Source: Archaeoglobi archaeon
GTDB taxonomy: Archaea; Halobacteriota; Archaeoglobi; Archaeoglobales; Archaeoglobaceae
Direction of reading: 5' to 3'
Assembly: GCA_029259455.1 (NCBI GenBank)
Contig: JAPDIT010000040.1
Coordinates: 1-40,059, forward strand
DNA length: 40,059 nucleotides
The notes beneath the pieces were generated by a model, which was given only the letters and a program-made list of their open reading frames with translations, was not told the origin of the DNA and ran no database searches. Each line of letters starts with the position of its first letter. The first letter of the stretch is position 1. The translations under genes and the position numbers were made by a program. Below are positions 29,659-39,758 of the stretch, piece by piece.

Positions 29659-30454
29659 AGACAATACAAAGACATTGGAGAGATTCCCAAACTAAGAAAG
29701 CGGGCAGACCCAAAAAGGAACTATCTGAAGAAGAAATAAAAGCCATAGAAGAAGCATACGAAGAATACAGATGTAATGCGATAGTCAAAAAATACTAAAA
29801 GAAAGAGAGAGGTTACAATATAAGCAAGAACAAAATCCATGAAGTGTTGAAGATGTTAGGCTATTCTAAGGAAGAAGAGAACAAAAGGAAGAGAAAGAGG
29901 TGGATACGCTACGAAAGAAGGCATTCCATAGTTTGTGGCATACAGACTGGCTTTTCTATAATGGAAAGTGGATGATGGCTTATTTAGATGATGCATCCCG
30001 TTTAGTAGTTGGTTACGGAGTATTTGACAATGCAACAGCAGAAAATGCCATACGAGTTTTGAGAGAAGCGATGGATAATTATGGCAAACCTGAATCCATA
30101 CTAACGGATAGAGGATCTAGTTCTATGCTTCAGCAGGAGAGAAGAGAGCAAAAGGGAAATCCAGGTTTGAGAAATTCCTTGAGGAGAATGGTATAAAGCA
30201 CATCGTCGCAAGAGTAAACCACCCACAAACGAATGGTAAGATCGAGAGATTCTACGGGACTCTTGAAGATAAAGCCAGATACTTTGAAACTCTGGATGAG
30301 TTTGTAGAGTGGTATAATTGCAAAGCTGACATGAGTCTCAATCTGGAGGAGTTGGAGACTCCTTATCAAGCATTTCTGAGAAAGCTCCCACCTGAGAGAG
30401 TTTTGGGTTACTGCTGGAGGTGGTTCATGGCGGGAATAATTTTAGGAAACTACA
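29659..30454 (+). mobile_element. IS481-family insertion sequence, degenerate, left end deleted
   Basis: Homologous to 1..577 from 29890 onward; upstream part encodes RQYKDIGEIPKL.. / GRPKKELSEEE. Several frameshifts; same ...GGAAACTACA right end; no left inverted repeat seen. Confidence 0.85.
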
Positions 30455-30474
30455 CATTATCACCATTTTAAAAT

Positions 30475-30954
30475 TCATTTTTTGCTACCCCTCACCATGG
30501 CAACTTTTCCGGTTCTTGCGAGCTCCTTAATGCCATACTGTCTCATCAAATCGATGAACGCCGAAACCTTATCCTCATCACCGGTAACTTCGATGATGAA
30601 GCTATCCCTCGAAACATCAACTATTCTCGCCCTGAAGATGTTTGTCAATTCAACAATTTCTCCTCTCTTCTCAGGAGGTGCGTGAACCCTTATAAGACAG
30701 AGTTCCCTTTCAACCGAGCTCTCAGATATCTCGCTAACCTTGATTGTCTCAATAAGCTTGTTAAGCTGCTTTATCACCTGCTCGACAACCTTGTCGTCCC
30801 CTTCAACAACAATCGTCATTCTTGACAGGTCTTCTCTTTCAGTGGTGCCAACACTCAGGCTATCGATGTTGAAACCTCTTCTCCTGAACAGACTCGCGAC
30901 TCTCGCAAGGACGCCAGGCTTGTTCTCAACCAGAACGGCTATCGTGTGCTTCAT
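30475..30954 (-). CDS. ilvN: Acetolactate synthase small (regulatory) subunit
   Basis: ACT domain VENKPGVLARV..FRRRGFNIDSL, KQLNKL and ARTG motifs. Confidence 0.96.
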   Translation of the reverse strand: MKHTIAVLVENKPGVLARVASLFRRRGFNIDSLSVGTTEREDLSRMTIVVEGDDKVVEQVIKQLNKLIETIKVSEISESSVERELCLIRVHAPPEKRGEIVELTNIFRARIVDVSRDSFIIEVTGDEDKVSAFIDLMRQYGIKELARTGKVAMVRGSKK

Positions 30955-30963
30955 ACTATCACC

Positions 30964-32622
30964 TCACTCATCATCAATAATCTCTTTAAGTGAAGCTCCC
31001 GGTGGAACCATCGGGAAGACGTTTGCTTGGTAATCAATCCTGAAGTCTATGACCACCGGCGCATCAATTTCTTTTGCTTCCTTGAGGGCATCATCAACCT
31101 CTGATGGCTTCTCGACTGTCATTCCTATTGCACCAAATCCTCTAGCTATTGCCTCAAATCCCGTTTTCTCACATCCGATGCAGGTTGCTGAGTACCTTTC
31201 CCTGTAGAAGAGCTCCTGCCACTGCCTGACCATTCCCAGATAACCGTTGTTCAGAACCAAAACCTTTACAGGAATCTCGTACTTGACGCATGTCGCCAGC
31301 TCCTGAATGTTCATGAAGAAGCTGCCATCTCCAGCAATGTCGATGACAGTTTTTTCGGGAAACGCAACCTGTGCACCCATCGCTGCAGGAAAGCCAAAGC
31401 CCATGGTTCCAAGACCGCCGCTCGTGATGAACTGCCTCGGATACTTCACCTTGAAAAACTGGGCAGCCCACATCTGGTTTTGCCCAACTTCTGTTGTGAC
31501 GATGGCATCAGGCATAATCTCGTATGCCCGCTCAATCACGTACTGCGGCTTGAAACCATCCTTTTTGTACTTCAGCGGATACTTCCTCTTCCACTCATTC
31601 ACCTTGTCTTCCCACTCCTTTCTCTGCTTGTACTCAACAACTTTCTTCAACTTTGCCAGAACCTTCTTTGCATCTCCGACTATCGGCACATCAACATTGA
31701 CGTTTTTACCTATTTCTGCAGGGTCAATGTCGATGTGGATTATTTTGGCATTTGGAGCGAACATCGCAACGTTTCCCGTGGTTCTGTCGCTGAACCTGCA
31801 GCCGACCGCAATAATCAGGTCACTCTCACTTAGAGCATAATTAGCGTACTTTGTACCATGCATCCCGGCAAATCCCAATGATAGGGGATGAGTTTCAGGA
31901 ATTGAGCCTTTTCCCATAAGGGTGGTGACAACGAAAGCAGGAATTGTTTCTGCAAGCTCGACGAGCTCTTTTGAAGCGTTTGAAATTATAACACCACCGC
32001 CGGCAAGTATAACCGGTCTCTCAGCCTTCATTATCAGTTCAGCCGCTCTTGCTATCTGTTTCGGATGTCCTTCAAGCTTTGGTTTGTATCCCGGAAGGTT
32101 GATTTTCTTGGGGTAGTTGAAGTCTATGTCAGCGGTGGTGATGTCCTTGGGCAGGTCAACAAGAACAGGGCCGGGTCTGCCCGTTGAGGCAATATGAAAA
32201 GCCTCCTTTATTATACTCAGGACATCTTTCGCATCTGTAACCAGATAGTTGTGCTTGGTCACGGGCATCGTAATTCCTGTTATATCCGCCTCCTGAAACG
32301 CATCGTTTCCGATCATGCTCGTTGGAACCTGCCCTGTGAACACAACTATCGGCGAGGAGTCCATGTAGGCTGTTGCTATGCCCGTAACTGTGTTAGTCGC
32401 TCCTGGCCCGGAAGTGGTGAATGCAACTCCGACTTTACCGCTCGCCCTCGCATAGCCATCAGCAGCATGTGTTGCACCCTGCTCGTGTCTCGTTGTGATA
32501 TGCTGAATCCCGGAATCGTAGAGTGCATCGTAGACCTCAATTATCGCTCCTCCCGGTATCCCAAACACGACCTCTATGCCTTCCATCTCCAAGGCCTTGA
32601 CAATGGCATCAGCAGCACGCAT
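30964..32622 (-). CDS. ilvB: Acetolactate synthase large subunit
   Basis: [27 protein letters not shown] and GDGSF..N ThDP motif; GAGGTGG Shine-Dalgarno at 32629-32635. Confidence 0.96.
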   Translation of the reverse strand: MRAADAIVKALEMEGIEVVFGIPGGAIIEVYDALYDSGIQHITTRHEQGATHAADGYARASGKVGVAFTTSGPGATNTVTGIATAYMDSSPIVVFTGQVPTSMIGNDAFQEADITGITMPVTKHNYLVTDAKDVLSIIKEAFHIASTGRPGPVLVDLPKDITTADIDFNYPKKINLPGYKPKLEGHPKQIARAAELIMKAERPVILAGGGVIISNASKELVELAETIPAFVVTTLMGKGSIPETHPLSLGFAGMHGTKYANYALSESDLIIAVGCRFSDRTTGNVAMFAPNAKIIHIDIDPAEIGKNVNVDVPIVGDAKKVLAKLKKVVEYKQRKEWEDKVNEWKRKYPLKYKKDGFKPQYVIERAYEIMPDAIVTTEVGQNQMWAAQFFKVKYPRQFITSGGLGTMGFGFPAAMGAQVAFPEKTVIDIAGDGSFFMNIQELATCVKYEIPVKVLVLNNGYLGMVRQWQELFYRERYSATCIGCEKTGFEAIARGFGAIGMTVEKPSEVDDALKEAKEIDAPVVIDFRIDYQANVFPMVPPGASLKEIIDDE

Positions 32623-32654
32623 TTAAAACCACCTCAGACCACCCCTAATTACCT

Positions 32655-32711
32655 TTAGAAAAGAAGTACAAGCCGTACTACAACGAGTTCCTTTCCAGAG
32701 AACTTTTTCAT
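32655..32711 (-). CDS. Putative ilvBN leader peptide MKKFSGKELVVVRLVLLF (18 aa, leaderless uORF)
   Basis: ATG at the predicted transcription start (first T of TTTAAA 28 nt upstream); 8 of the last 10 codons are Leu/Val; stop 32 nt before ilvB. Confidence 0.6.
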   Translation of the reverse strand: MKKFSGKELVVVRLVLLF

Positions 32712-32732
32712 CAACTCTTCAGACAACATGCG

Positions 32733-32748
32733 CTTTAAAAAGTTTTGG
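32733..32748 (-). promoter_or_regulatory. BRE/TATA promoter of the uORF-ilvB-ilvN transcript
   Basis: Minus strand CCAAAAC-TTTTTAAAG. Confidence 0.6.
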
Positions 32749-32984
32749 TTTTACTTGGCTCCCTCGTGGATATTCGTGCGCTGAAAATTTTTGGCTGAAT
32801 GTCTGGGATGAGAAGTGTTAATGATAATTAGAATTCATAGCACCCTATTTTTTATAATCTTTATTAGTTAAGAGTTCGTATCAGTTAAAGGCTCATGTTG
32901 CCGAGGGGCAAAGAATAGAAAAGAGACATTATATCCTTTTCATCATCCAGAAAGCTTATTTTGCGTGTTACGTAGAGTTGATGG

Positions 32985-35900
32985 ATGGATGCAACTCTGG
33001 ATTCATTCTTTCCGCTGTTTGAATCCGAGTCTAATGAGGACTTCTGGCGGATCGAGGAGATAAGAAAGTATCATGAGTCTTTAATGGTTGAACTTGAAAG
33101 AATTTACAGGATTGCGGAGGCTGCAAGGAAAAAAGGACTTGATCCTGAACCAAGAGTAGAGATTCCGATTGCAAAAAACATGGCAGAGAGGGTTGAAAAG
33201 CTGATGGCTCTGCCCGGACTGGCGGAGCATATAATGGAGCTTGAAGAAGAGGGTTTGAGCAGGGAAATCATCTGTTTTAAGGTTGCGGACGAAATTGTGG
33301 AGGGTAAGTTTGGAGAGCTTTCGAAGGAGGATGCAATAGACAAGGCTGTCAGGACCGCAGTTGCGATAATGACTGAAGGTGTTGTCGCAGCACCTATTGA
33401 GGGTATTGCAAAAGTTAAAATCGACAAGGACGACTTTCTGAGGGTTTACTATGCGGGCCCAATCAGAAGCGCTGGTGGAACTGCTCAGGTCATCTCCGTT
33501 CTCGTTGCTGATTACGTAAGGAGGAAGGTCGGAATTGGCAGGTATGTACCAACAGAAAAGGAGATTCTCAGATACTGTGAGGAGATTCCCCTATACAAGA
33601 AAGTTGCAAATCTCCAGTATCTCCCGGATGATGAGGAAATCAGGCTCATCGTTTCCAACTGTCCGGTTTGCATAGATGGTGAGCCGACAGAAAGTGTTGA
33701 AGTTTCAGGATACAGAAACCTGCCGAGAGTTGAGACTAACAGAGTTAGAGGGGGAATGGCATTAGTCATTGCAGAGGGTATTGCTCTGAAAGCTCCAAAG
33801 CTGAAGAAAATTATCGATGAAGTGGGTATAGAGGGGTGGGAGTGGCTCGATTCGTTGATTAAAGGCGGTGGAGGGAGCAGTGGTGGTGAGGAAGAGGAAA
33901 AGACTGTAATCAAGCCGAAAGATAAATACCTTTCGGATATCGTTGCCGGAAGGCCTGTTTTGAGCCATCCGTCAAGAAAAGGTGGGTTCAGGCTGCGTTA
34001 TGGCAGGGCGAGAAACTCAGGATTTGCGACAGTCGGAATAAACCCGGCAACGATGTACCTTCTCGACTTCATTGCAGTTGGAACTCAGCTGAAGCTCGAG
34101 AGACCCGGAAAGGCGGGAGGCGTTGTGCCCATCTCCACAATAGAAGGACCCACGGTCAGACTCAGAAACGGGGATGTTGTGAAGATTAACACTTTAAGCG
34201 AGGCAAAAGCTCTGAAAAGTGAAGTTGCAGCAATTCTCGACTTGGGAGAGATTCTGATAAACTACGGCGACTTTCTTGAGAACAACCACCCCCTCATTCC
34301 TGCATCCTATACTTATGAGTGGTGGATTCAGGAAGCTGAAAAGGCTGGATTGAGGGGTGACTACAGGAAGATAAGTGAAGATGAGGCTTTGAAGTTATGC
34401 GACGAGTACCACGTACCGTTGCACCCTGACTACACGTATCTTTGGCACGACATAAGTGTGGAGGATTACAGATACCTGAGAGACTTTGTTTCCGATAATG
34501 GGAAGATAGAGGGGAAACATGGAAAGAGTGTCTTAATTCTGCCTTACGATTCGAGAGCAAAAGAGATTCTGGAAAGTTTGCTGGTAGAACACAAGGTGAG
34601 AGATTCCTTCATCGTAATCGAAACCTGGAAAGTCTTCACAAGGTGTCTTGGTCTGGATGAGAAGTTATCAAAGGTCTCTACAGTCTCAGGAAAAGATGTT
34701 CTAGAAATTGTGAACAGCGTTTCTGGGATAAAGGTGAGACCAAAAGCCCTGTCAAGGATAGGGGCGAGAATGGGGAGGCCTGAGAAGGCCAAGGAAAGGA
34801 AAATGAGCCCTCCCCCCCACATTCTCTTCCCGGTTGGCATGGCAGGGGGAAACACCAGAGACATAAAGAATGCCATAAACTACACCAAGGACTACAACGC
34901 AAAAAAGGGTGAAATAGAGGTTGAGATTGCGATAAGGAAGTGCAGCCAGTGCGGGAAGGAGACTTTCTGGTTGAGATGCGACGATTGCGGTGGGCTGACC
35001 GAGCAGCTTTACTACTGCCCCTCTTGCAGGATGAAGAGTACTTCAAGCGTTTGTGAGAGCTGCGGCAGAGAGTGCAACGGATACACGAGAAGAAAGGTGA
35101 ACCTCAGAGAGCTCTACGAGAGGGCAATAGCGAACCTTGGCGAGTACGACTCATTCACGACAATAAAGGGAGTAATTGGGATGACATCGAAGATAAAAAT
35201 GCCCGAAAGGCTTGAAAAGGGGATGCTGAGAGTTAAGCACGGTGTTTTCGTATTCAAAGACGGTACTGCCAGATTTGATGCGACTGACCTTCCAATAACG
35301 CACTTCAGGCCGGCTGAAATTGGTGTTAGCGTGGAGAAGCTCAGGGAGCTTGGTTATGAGAGAGACTACAAGGGGGCGGAGCTTAAAAACGAGAACCAGA
35401 TAGTGGAGCTGAAACCTCAGGATGTTATACTGCCCAAGAGCGGTGCTGAGTACTTGCTTAGAGTTGCAAACTTCATAGACGACCTGCTGGTCAAATTTTA
35501 CGGAATGGAGCCTTTTTACAATGCGAAAACGATTGATGATTTGATAGGTCATCTGGTGATAGGTCTCGCCCCTCACACCTCTGCCGGCGTGCTCGGAAGG
35601 ATAATCGGGTTCTCAGACGTTCTCGCTGGCTACGCTCACCCCTACTTCCATGCAGCCAAGAGGAGAAACTGCGACGGTGATGAAGACTGCTTCATGCTTT
35701 TGCTCGACGGTCTTCTGAACTTCTCCCGAAAGTTTCTGCCCGACAAGCGTGGAGGGCAGATGGACGCTCCATTAGTCCTGACAGCCATAGTGGATCCAAG
35801 GGAGGTTGATAAGGAAGTTCACAACATGGACATCATGGAACGCTATCCACTTGAGTTCTACGAGGCTACAATGAGGTATGCCAGTCCAAAGGAGGTCGAG

Positions 35901-36422
35901 GACTGCGTGGAGAAGGTAAAGGACAGGCTGAAGGATGAAAGCAGGTTCTGCGGATTGTTCTTTACCCACGACACTGAAAACATTGCCGCAGGGGTGAAGG
36001 AGAGCGCATACAAATCTCTGAAAACGATGCAGGACAAAGTTTACAGACAGATGGAACTTGCAAAGATGATTGTAGCTGTTGACGAGCATGATGTGGCTGA
36101 GAGGGTTATAAATGTGCACTTCTTGCCAGACATAATCGGAAATCTGAGAGCTTTCTCAAGGCAGGAGTTCAGATGCACGAAGTGCAACACGAAATACCGC
36201 AGAATTCCGCTTGTGGGAAAGTGTTTGAAGTGCGGAAACAAGCTAACTTTAACGGTCCACAGCAGCTCCATAATGAAGTACCTAGAACTCTCCAAGTTCC
36301 TGTGCGAGAACTTCAACGTGTCCAGCTACACCAGACAGAGACTCATGCTTCTTGAGCAGGAAATAAAATCAATGTTCGAAAACGGTACTGAAAAGCAGGT
36401 TTCAATATCCGATTTCGTGTAA
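32985..36422 (+). CDS. polC: DNA polymerase D large subunit DP2 (no intein)
   Basis: TEGVVAAPIEGI, GPIRSAGGT, RMGRPEKA, FKDGTARFD, catalytic RNCDGDED and Cys zinc modules. Confidence 0.97.
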   Translation: MDATLDSFFPLFESESNEDFWRIEEIRKYHESLMVELERIYRIAEAARKKGLDPEPRVEIPIAKNMAERVEKLMALPGLAEHIMELEEEGLSREIICFKVADEIVEGKFGELSKEDAIDKAVRTAVAIMTEGVVAAPIEGIAKVKIDKDDFLRVYYAGPIRSAGGTAQVISVLVADYVRRKVGIGRYVPTEKEILRYCEEIPLYKKVANLQYLPDDEEIRLIVSNCPVCIDGEPTESVEVSGYRNLPRVETNRVRGGMALVIAEGIALKAPKLKKIIDEVGIEGWEWLDSLIKGGGGSSGGEEEEKTVIKPKDKYLSDIVAGRPVLSHPSRKGGFRLRYGRARNSGFATVGINPATMYLLDFIAVGTQLKLERPGKAGGVVPISTIEGPTVRLRNGDVVKINTLSEAKALKSEVAAILDLGEILINYGDFLENNHPLIPASYTYEWWIQEAEKAGLRGDYRKISEDEALKLCDEYHVPLHPDYTYLWHDISVEDYRYLRDFVSDNGKIEGKHGKSVLILPYDSRAKEILESLLVEHKVRDSFIVIETWKVFTRCLGLDEKLSKVSTVSGKDVLEIVNSVSGIKVRPKALSRIGARMGRPEKAKERKMSPPPHILFPVGMAGGNTRDIKNAINYTKDYNAKKGEIEVEIAIRKCSQCGKETFWLRCDDCGGLTEQLYYCPSCRMKSTSSVCESCGRECNGYTRRKVNLRELYERAIANLGEYDSFTTIKGVIGMTSKIKMPERLEKGMLRVKHGVFVFKDGTARFDATDLPITHFRPAEIGVSVEKLRELGYERDYKGAELKNENQIVELKPQDVILPKSGAEYLLRVANFIDDLLVKFYGMEPFYNAKTIDDLIGHLVIGLAPHTSAGVLGRIIGFSDVLAGYAHPYFHAAKRRNCDGDEDCFMLLLDGLLNFSRKFLPDKRGGQMDAPLVLTAIVDPREVDKEVHNMDIMERYPLEFYEATMRYASPKEVEDCVEKVKDRLKDESRFCGLFFTHDTENIAAGVKESAYKSLKTMQDKVYRQMELAKMIVAVDEHDVAERVINVHFLPDIIGNLRAFSRQEFRCTKCNTKYRRIPLVGKCLKCGNKLTLTVHSSSIMKYLELSKFLCENFNVSSYTRQRLMLLEQEIKSMFENGTEKQVSISDFV

Positions 36423-36480
36423 TATCAATTAAACAACGGATATCGTAAAGTAGATTAGTACTCACACAGTAAATTAGGCA

Positions 36481-37398
36481 ATGAAAGACAGGTTCAGAAA
36501 CTGCATTTTGGGTCTGGCGGTTGGAGATGCTCTTGGAATGCCGGTAGAAGGTTTGTCACCTGAGAACATCAAGCAGCTTTACGGAGAGGTTAGGGATTTT
36601 CTGCCGTCTCCATATGGTGACCTGAAGGCTGGAGAGTGGACTGACGATACGGAGCAGATGATCGTTCTCGCTGAATCAATTCTCGAAACGGTTTACTTCA
36701 GCCCGGAAAACTTTGCCGAGAAGCTGAAAAAGTGGTTTGTGAAGACGAGCTGCAAGAGGATTGGGCCGAGCTCAACCAGAGCGATATCGAATTTGATGAG
36801 AGGTGTGTACTGGAGCAGGGCCGGGGTTTTCAGCGACACATGTGGTGCGGCAATGAGAGTCGCGCCCATAGGGCTTGTTTACCACTTCAGCCTGAATCTG
36901 GTGGAGAGGTATGCGGAGATCTCAGCCAGAGTTACGCACACGGGGACTGCGGCAATCGGCGGGGCTGTGGCTGTGGCAATAGCGATATCCTGCAACGTTC
37001 TCGACTTCAGCGATGAGGAAATGCTGGAGGAGGTTTTGAAAAGGGTTGAAGCTTACGACAACCTTCTCACGGAGAAAATAAAATTTGCCTACGAAATCTC
37101 CGACAGGGATGTGAGCTATGCTGTCGAAAAGCTTGGAAACAGCATTTTTGCACTTGATGTGGTTCCGATGGCGTTTTACTCGTACTTTTCGGGGAAGGAC
37201 TTCAAGGAATCGCTGATAAAGGCCGTTAATGCTGGTGGGGATGCTGATTCCATTGCTGCCGTGTGCGGCGCGATTAAGGGCGCGAGGGGCTTCAGCATTC
37301 CCGAAAGATGGCTGAAAAAGCTGAAAGACAGGGATTTTCTTGAGGAGCTGGCAATGAAGCTCTATGATCTCCACGTGAAGATAGTCAAGCTAACCTAA
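36481..37398 (+). CDS. ADP-ribosylglycohydrolase (DraG/ARH family)
   Basis: GLAVGDALG, WTDDTEQ, GAAMRVAP, VTH and GGDADS motifs. Confidence 0.92.
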   Translation: MKDRFRNCILGLAVGDALGMPVEGLSPENIKQLYGEVRDFLPSPYGDLKAGEWTDDTEQMIVLAESILETVYFSPENFAEKLKKWFVKTSCKRIGPSSTRAISNLMRGVYWSRAGVFSDTCGAAMRVAPIGLVYHFSLNLVERYAEISARVTHTGTAAIGGAVAVAIAISCNVLDFSDEEMLEEVLKRVEAYDNLLTEKIKFAYEISDRDVSYAVEKLGNSIFALDVVPMAFYSYFSGKDFKESLIKAVNAGGDADSIAAVCGAIKGARGFSIPERWLKKLKDRDFLEELAMKLYDLHVKIVKLT

Positions 37399-38336
37399 TC
37401 GATTTTGCATTCATCCGGACTTTTATCTTCCCTCAATCTCAAAAATACCGGCGCTCTGAGCTTACCATCCTCCGTGAATTCCAGAAACTCCACCTCGCAG
37501 ACGTACCTTGGCCTAACCCAGTGCACGTTCTTGGTTTCAATGTCAAAATGCGGTTTTTCAACTTCAATCTCCCTCAGCTTTTTCGAAAACCAAGTCAGGA
37601 ATTCGGAATCGAAGCCGGTTCCGACATTTCCGATGTGCCTTAATTTTCCGTCCTCGTAAACAGCAAGGACAAGGGAGCCGAAAGTCTCAACCCTCTCACC
37701 CTCTCCCTCTATCCAGCCAACTATAACGCAATCTAGGGTGTTTTTCTTCTTTATCTTTTTCCAGAGGTTGCTTCTCTTTCCTATCAAGTACTTTCCATCC
37801 TTTTTCTTCGCCACAATTCCCTCAAGCCCCATTTCCACCGCTCTCCTGTAGAGCTCCTCTCCGTTCCCTTCAATCCACTCTGCCATCACAACTCTCCCTC
37901 TGTTATGAAGAATTTCCGAAAGTATCCTCTTTCTCTCCATCAGCTCCAAATCCACGACCCAGCCGTCGCAGTAGAGGACGTCAAAAACAATGTAAACTGC
38001 AGGAATCGTCTTGCTGAGGATTTCAATCTTGAATTTGCTGTCAACATGCTCCCTCTTCTGCAGCAGCGGAAAGGATGGCTTCCCGCCCCTTATCACAACA
38101 ATCTCACCATCGAGAATTGCGTTTCTCTCAACCGCATCCAGAACCTTCAGCTCAGGGTAGCGGTAGGTGATGTCAAACAGCCTTCTGTTCTGCAGTCTCA
38201 GCCTTTTATTCTCTACATCAACAAAGGCTAAGCACCTTGTCCCGTCCCACTTTACCTCGTAAATGTGGTCATCGCTACTGAATGGTTTTGACCTCACCGC
38301 AAGCATCGGTTTGATTTTCTTCTCAAACCAGCTCAT
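37395..38336 (-). CDS. ATP-dependent DNA ligase, stand-alone LigD/LigC-type ligase domain (NHEJ)
   Basis: Motif I EVKWDG, then LDGEIV, VFDVL, EGIVAK, WKKIK and LRAPVF.RLREDK; 313 aa; translationally coupled to Ku. Confidence 0.93.
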   Translation of the reverse strand: MSWFEKKIKPMLAVRSKPFSSDDHIYEVKWDGTRCLAFVDVENKRLRLQNRRLFDITYRYPELKVLDAVERNAILDGEIVVIRGGKPSFPLLQKREHVDSKFKIEILSKTIPAVYIVFDVLYCDGWVVDLELMERKRILSEILHNRGRVVMAEWIEGNGEELYRRAVEMGLEGIVAKKKDGKYLIGKRSNLWKKIKKKNTLDCVIVGWIEGEGERVETFGSLVLAVYEDGKLRHIGNVGTGFDSEFLTWFSKKLREIEVEKPHFDIETKNVHWVRPRYVCEVEFLEFTEDGKLRAPVFLRLREDKSPDECKID

Positions 38337-39094
38337 TTGACTGCCTCAAGGCTCGCTCTAAGAGCATCTACTAACGACTTGACTTCTTCTACACCCTCAC
38401 TGACAACAATCTCTCTCCCAGAGAGCTTGGCTTCGATGAGCTGTGTAAGTGCCTCCTTGTATTCATCTCTGAACTCTTCCAGCTTGAGTGGCTTCTTCAT
38501 CGCAAGAATCAGTTTCTTGGCAAGCTCCAGCTCTTCTTCAGTTATGTCCGCCACAACTCCCCAGCCAGGGAGCTCCAAAGGGCTTCTAACTTCATCAATG
38601 TAGTGCAGCTGAGCAAGAACTATTCCCCCATCGTAGGGGCGTAAGGCAACAAGGTTCTCCTTCCCCCGCATGGTCACCTTTCCAATGCCCATGCTGTTGG
38701 TCTCCTCCATTGCCTTCTTGAGCAGGTAGTATGCTTTCTCACCGCCCTTGTCGGGCGAGATATAGTAAAAGCTACCATAGTATATCAGCCCAAGCTCAGC
38801 GGGGTCAAAAAATTGCCTTATCTCTATACTTTTCGTCGATTTTAGAGGAATCTTTTCGAAGTCTTCATCAGTGAGAATAACGTATTCATTTTTCGATATT
38901 TCGTATCCCTTGACGATTTCTCCATCCGAAACCTCTTTTCCGCACTTCTCGCAGACCTTCCTGTATCTGATCCTTCCGCCATCAGCTGAGTGGAGGAGAT
39001 GGAATTTAATCTCTTTCTGTGTGGTGGCTTTGTAAACCTTCACGGGTATGTTCACGAGGCCAAAGGATATGCTACCTTTCCATGTCGCCCTCAT
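38333..39094 (-). CDS. ku: Prokaryotic Ku DNA end-binding protein
   Basis: RATWKGSISFGLVNIPVK, IVKGYE, AYYLL and FRDEY motifs; minimal core without a basic C-terminal tail. Confidence 0.95.
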   Translation of the reverse strand: MRATWKGSISFGLVNIPVKVYKATTQKEIKFHLLHSADGGRIRYRKVCEKCGKEVSDGEIVKGYEISKNEYVILTDEDFEKIPLKSTKSIEIRQFFDPAELGLIYYGSFYYISPDKGGEKAYYLLKKAMEETNSMGIGKVTMRGKENLVALRPYDGGIVLAQLHYIDEVRSPLELPGWGVVADITEEELELAKKLILAMKKPLKLEEFRDEYKEALTQLIEAKLSGREIVVSEGVEEVKSLVDALRASLEAVK

Positions 39095-39151
39095 ATTATA
39101 AGAGTGGACTCGTCGGTAAAAAACGCTTCCCCATCAACATGATAAAATAAG

Positions 39152-39400
39152 GTGATGGTGTGTACGATTGACGTAATAGCTTTCCACAGAGATGAGATAA
39201 TGACAAACGGCAAACTTGACCCGATTTTAAAGGAGAAAATTGCGATAAAAGTTTCTACGGTAAATAAGTGCAATCCGTGCTATGTTATAAAAAGAAGCTT
39301 GAAATGGCTGGTCATTCTGAGAATGCGGAAGGTGAAAAGGAAAGAGTAGCTTTGCGGTTTGCTGAACTTGCTGCAATGGACAGGGGCAAGGTAAGCGAAG
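39152..39400 (+). pseudogene. Carboxymuconolactone decarboxylase / AhpD-family pseudogene
   Basis: LDPILKEKIAIKVSTVNKCNPCY (CxxC), frameshift at ~39286, then KERVALRFA; truncated by IS sequence. Confidence 0.72.
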
Positions 39401-39745
39401 GAGACGAAAAATGGGAGCTTCTATCAAAAATCATTGATAAGCTCGAATCAAGGGAAACCAAGAAAGCTTTAGCAAGGAATGGAATAACGCCAGTAAACAA
39501 GGCAATAAAAATGCTTAAGGATTTCTGGCTATGTTCTTTGAATTAGATGTGTCTTATGCAGTTAGCGAGGTAAACAAGCGTTTAGAACTGAGAAAGTTCT
39601 TGAGGATAGAGGAAGTTAAACTAAGGGCAGTCTACTCATTCATGGCAGAATTCGAAGCAGACCAATTTATAAACTTTGTATTCTCAATTCTTAACGCTAA
39701 TTCAAAGAAAAGTCGAAGTAGGCCATCCATTTTAATACTGGATTG
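39401..39745 (+). mobile_element. N-terminal fragment of an archaeal IS5/IS4-type DDE transposase, frameshifted and interrupted at its first catalytic Asp
   Basis: KWELLSKII..LARNGITP..AMFFELDVSYAVSE..ELRKFL..ILILD resembles euryarchaeal IS5-like transposases (recognised from memory). Frameshift at ~39520. Left boundary approximate. Confidence 0.6.
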
Positions 39746-39758
39746 ACCACATGTGGAA

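Noticed and set aside
1-30454. Composite transposon bounded by the two IS481 copies
   Set aside because: Copies are diverged and defective, copy 2 has no left end, the cargo is core housekeeping genes, and no target duplication can be checked.
32712-32729. Upstream in-frame ATG (32729) extending the ilvB uORF to 24 aa
   Set aside because: Only ~4 nt from the TATA box, so upstream of the predicted transcription start.
32881-32946. Possible C/D-box sRNA on the minus strand (ATGATGA ... CTGA) upstream of polC
   Set aside because: No convincing internal D'/C' pair and guide lengths are atypical.
32985-36422. Inteins in DP2, AtpA or Lhr
   Set aside because: Lengths are normal and no splice-junction or LAGLIDADG blocks interrupt the conserved motifs.
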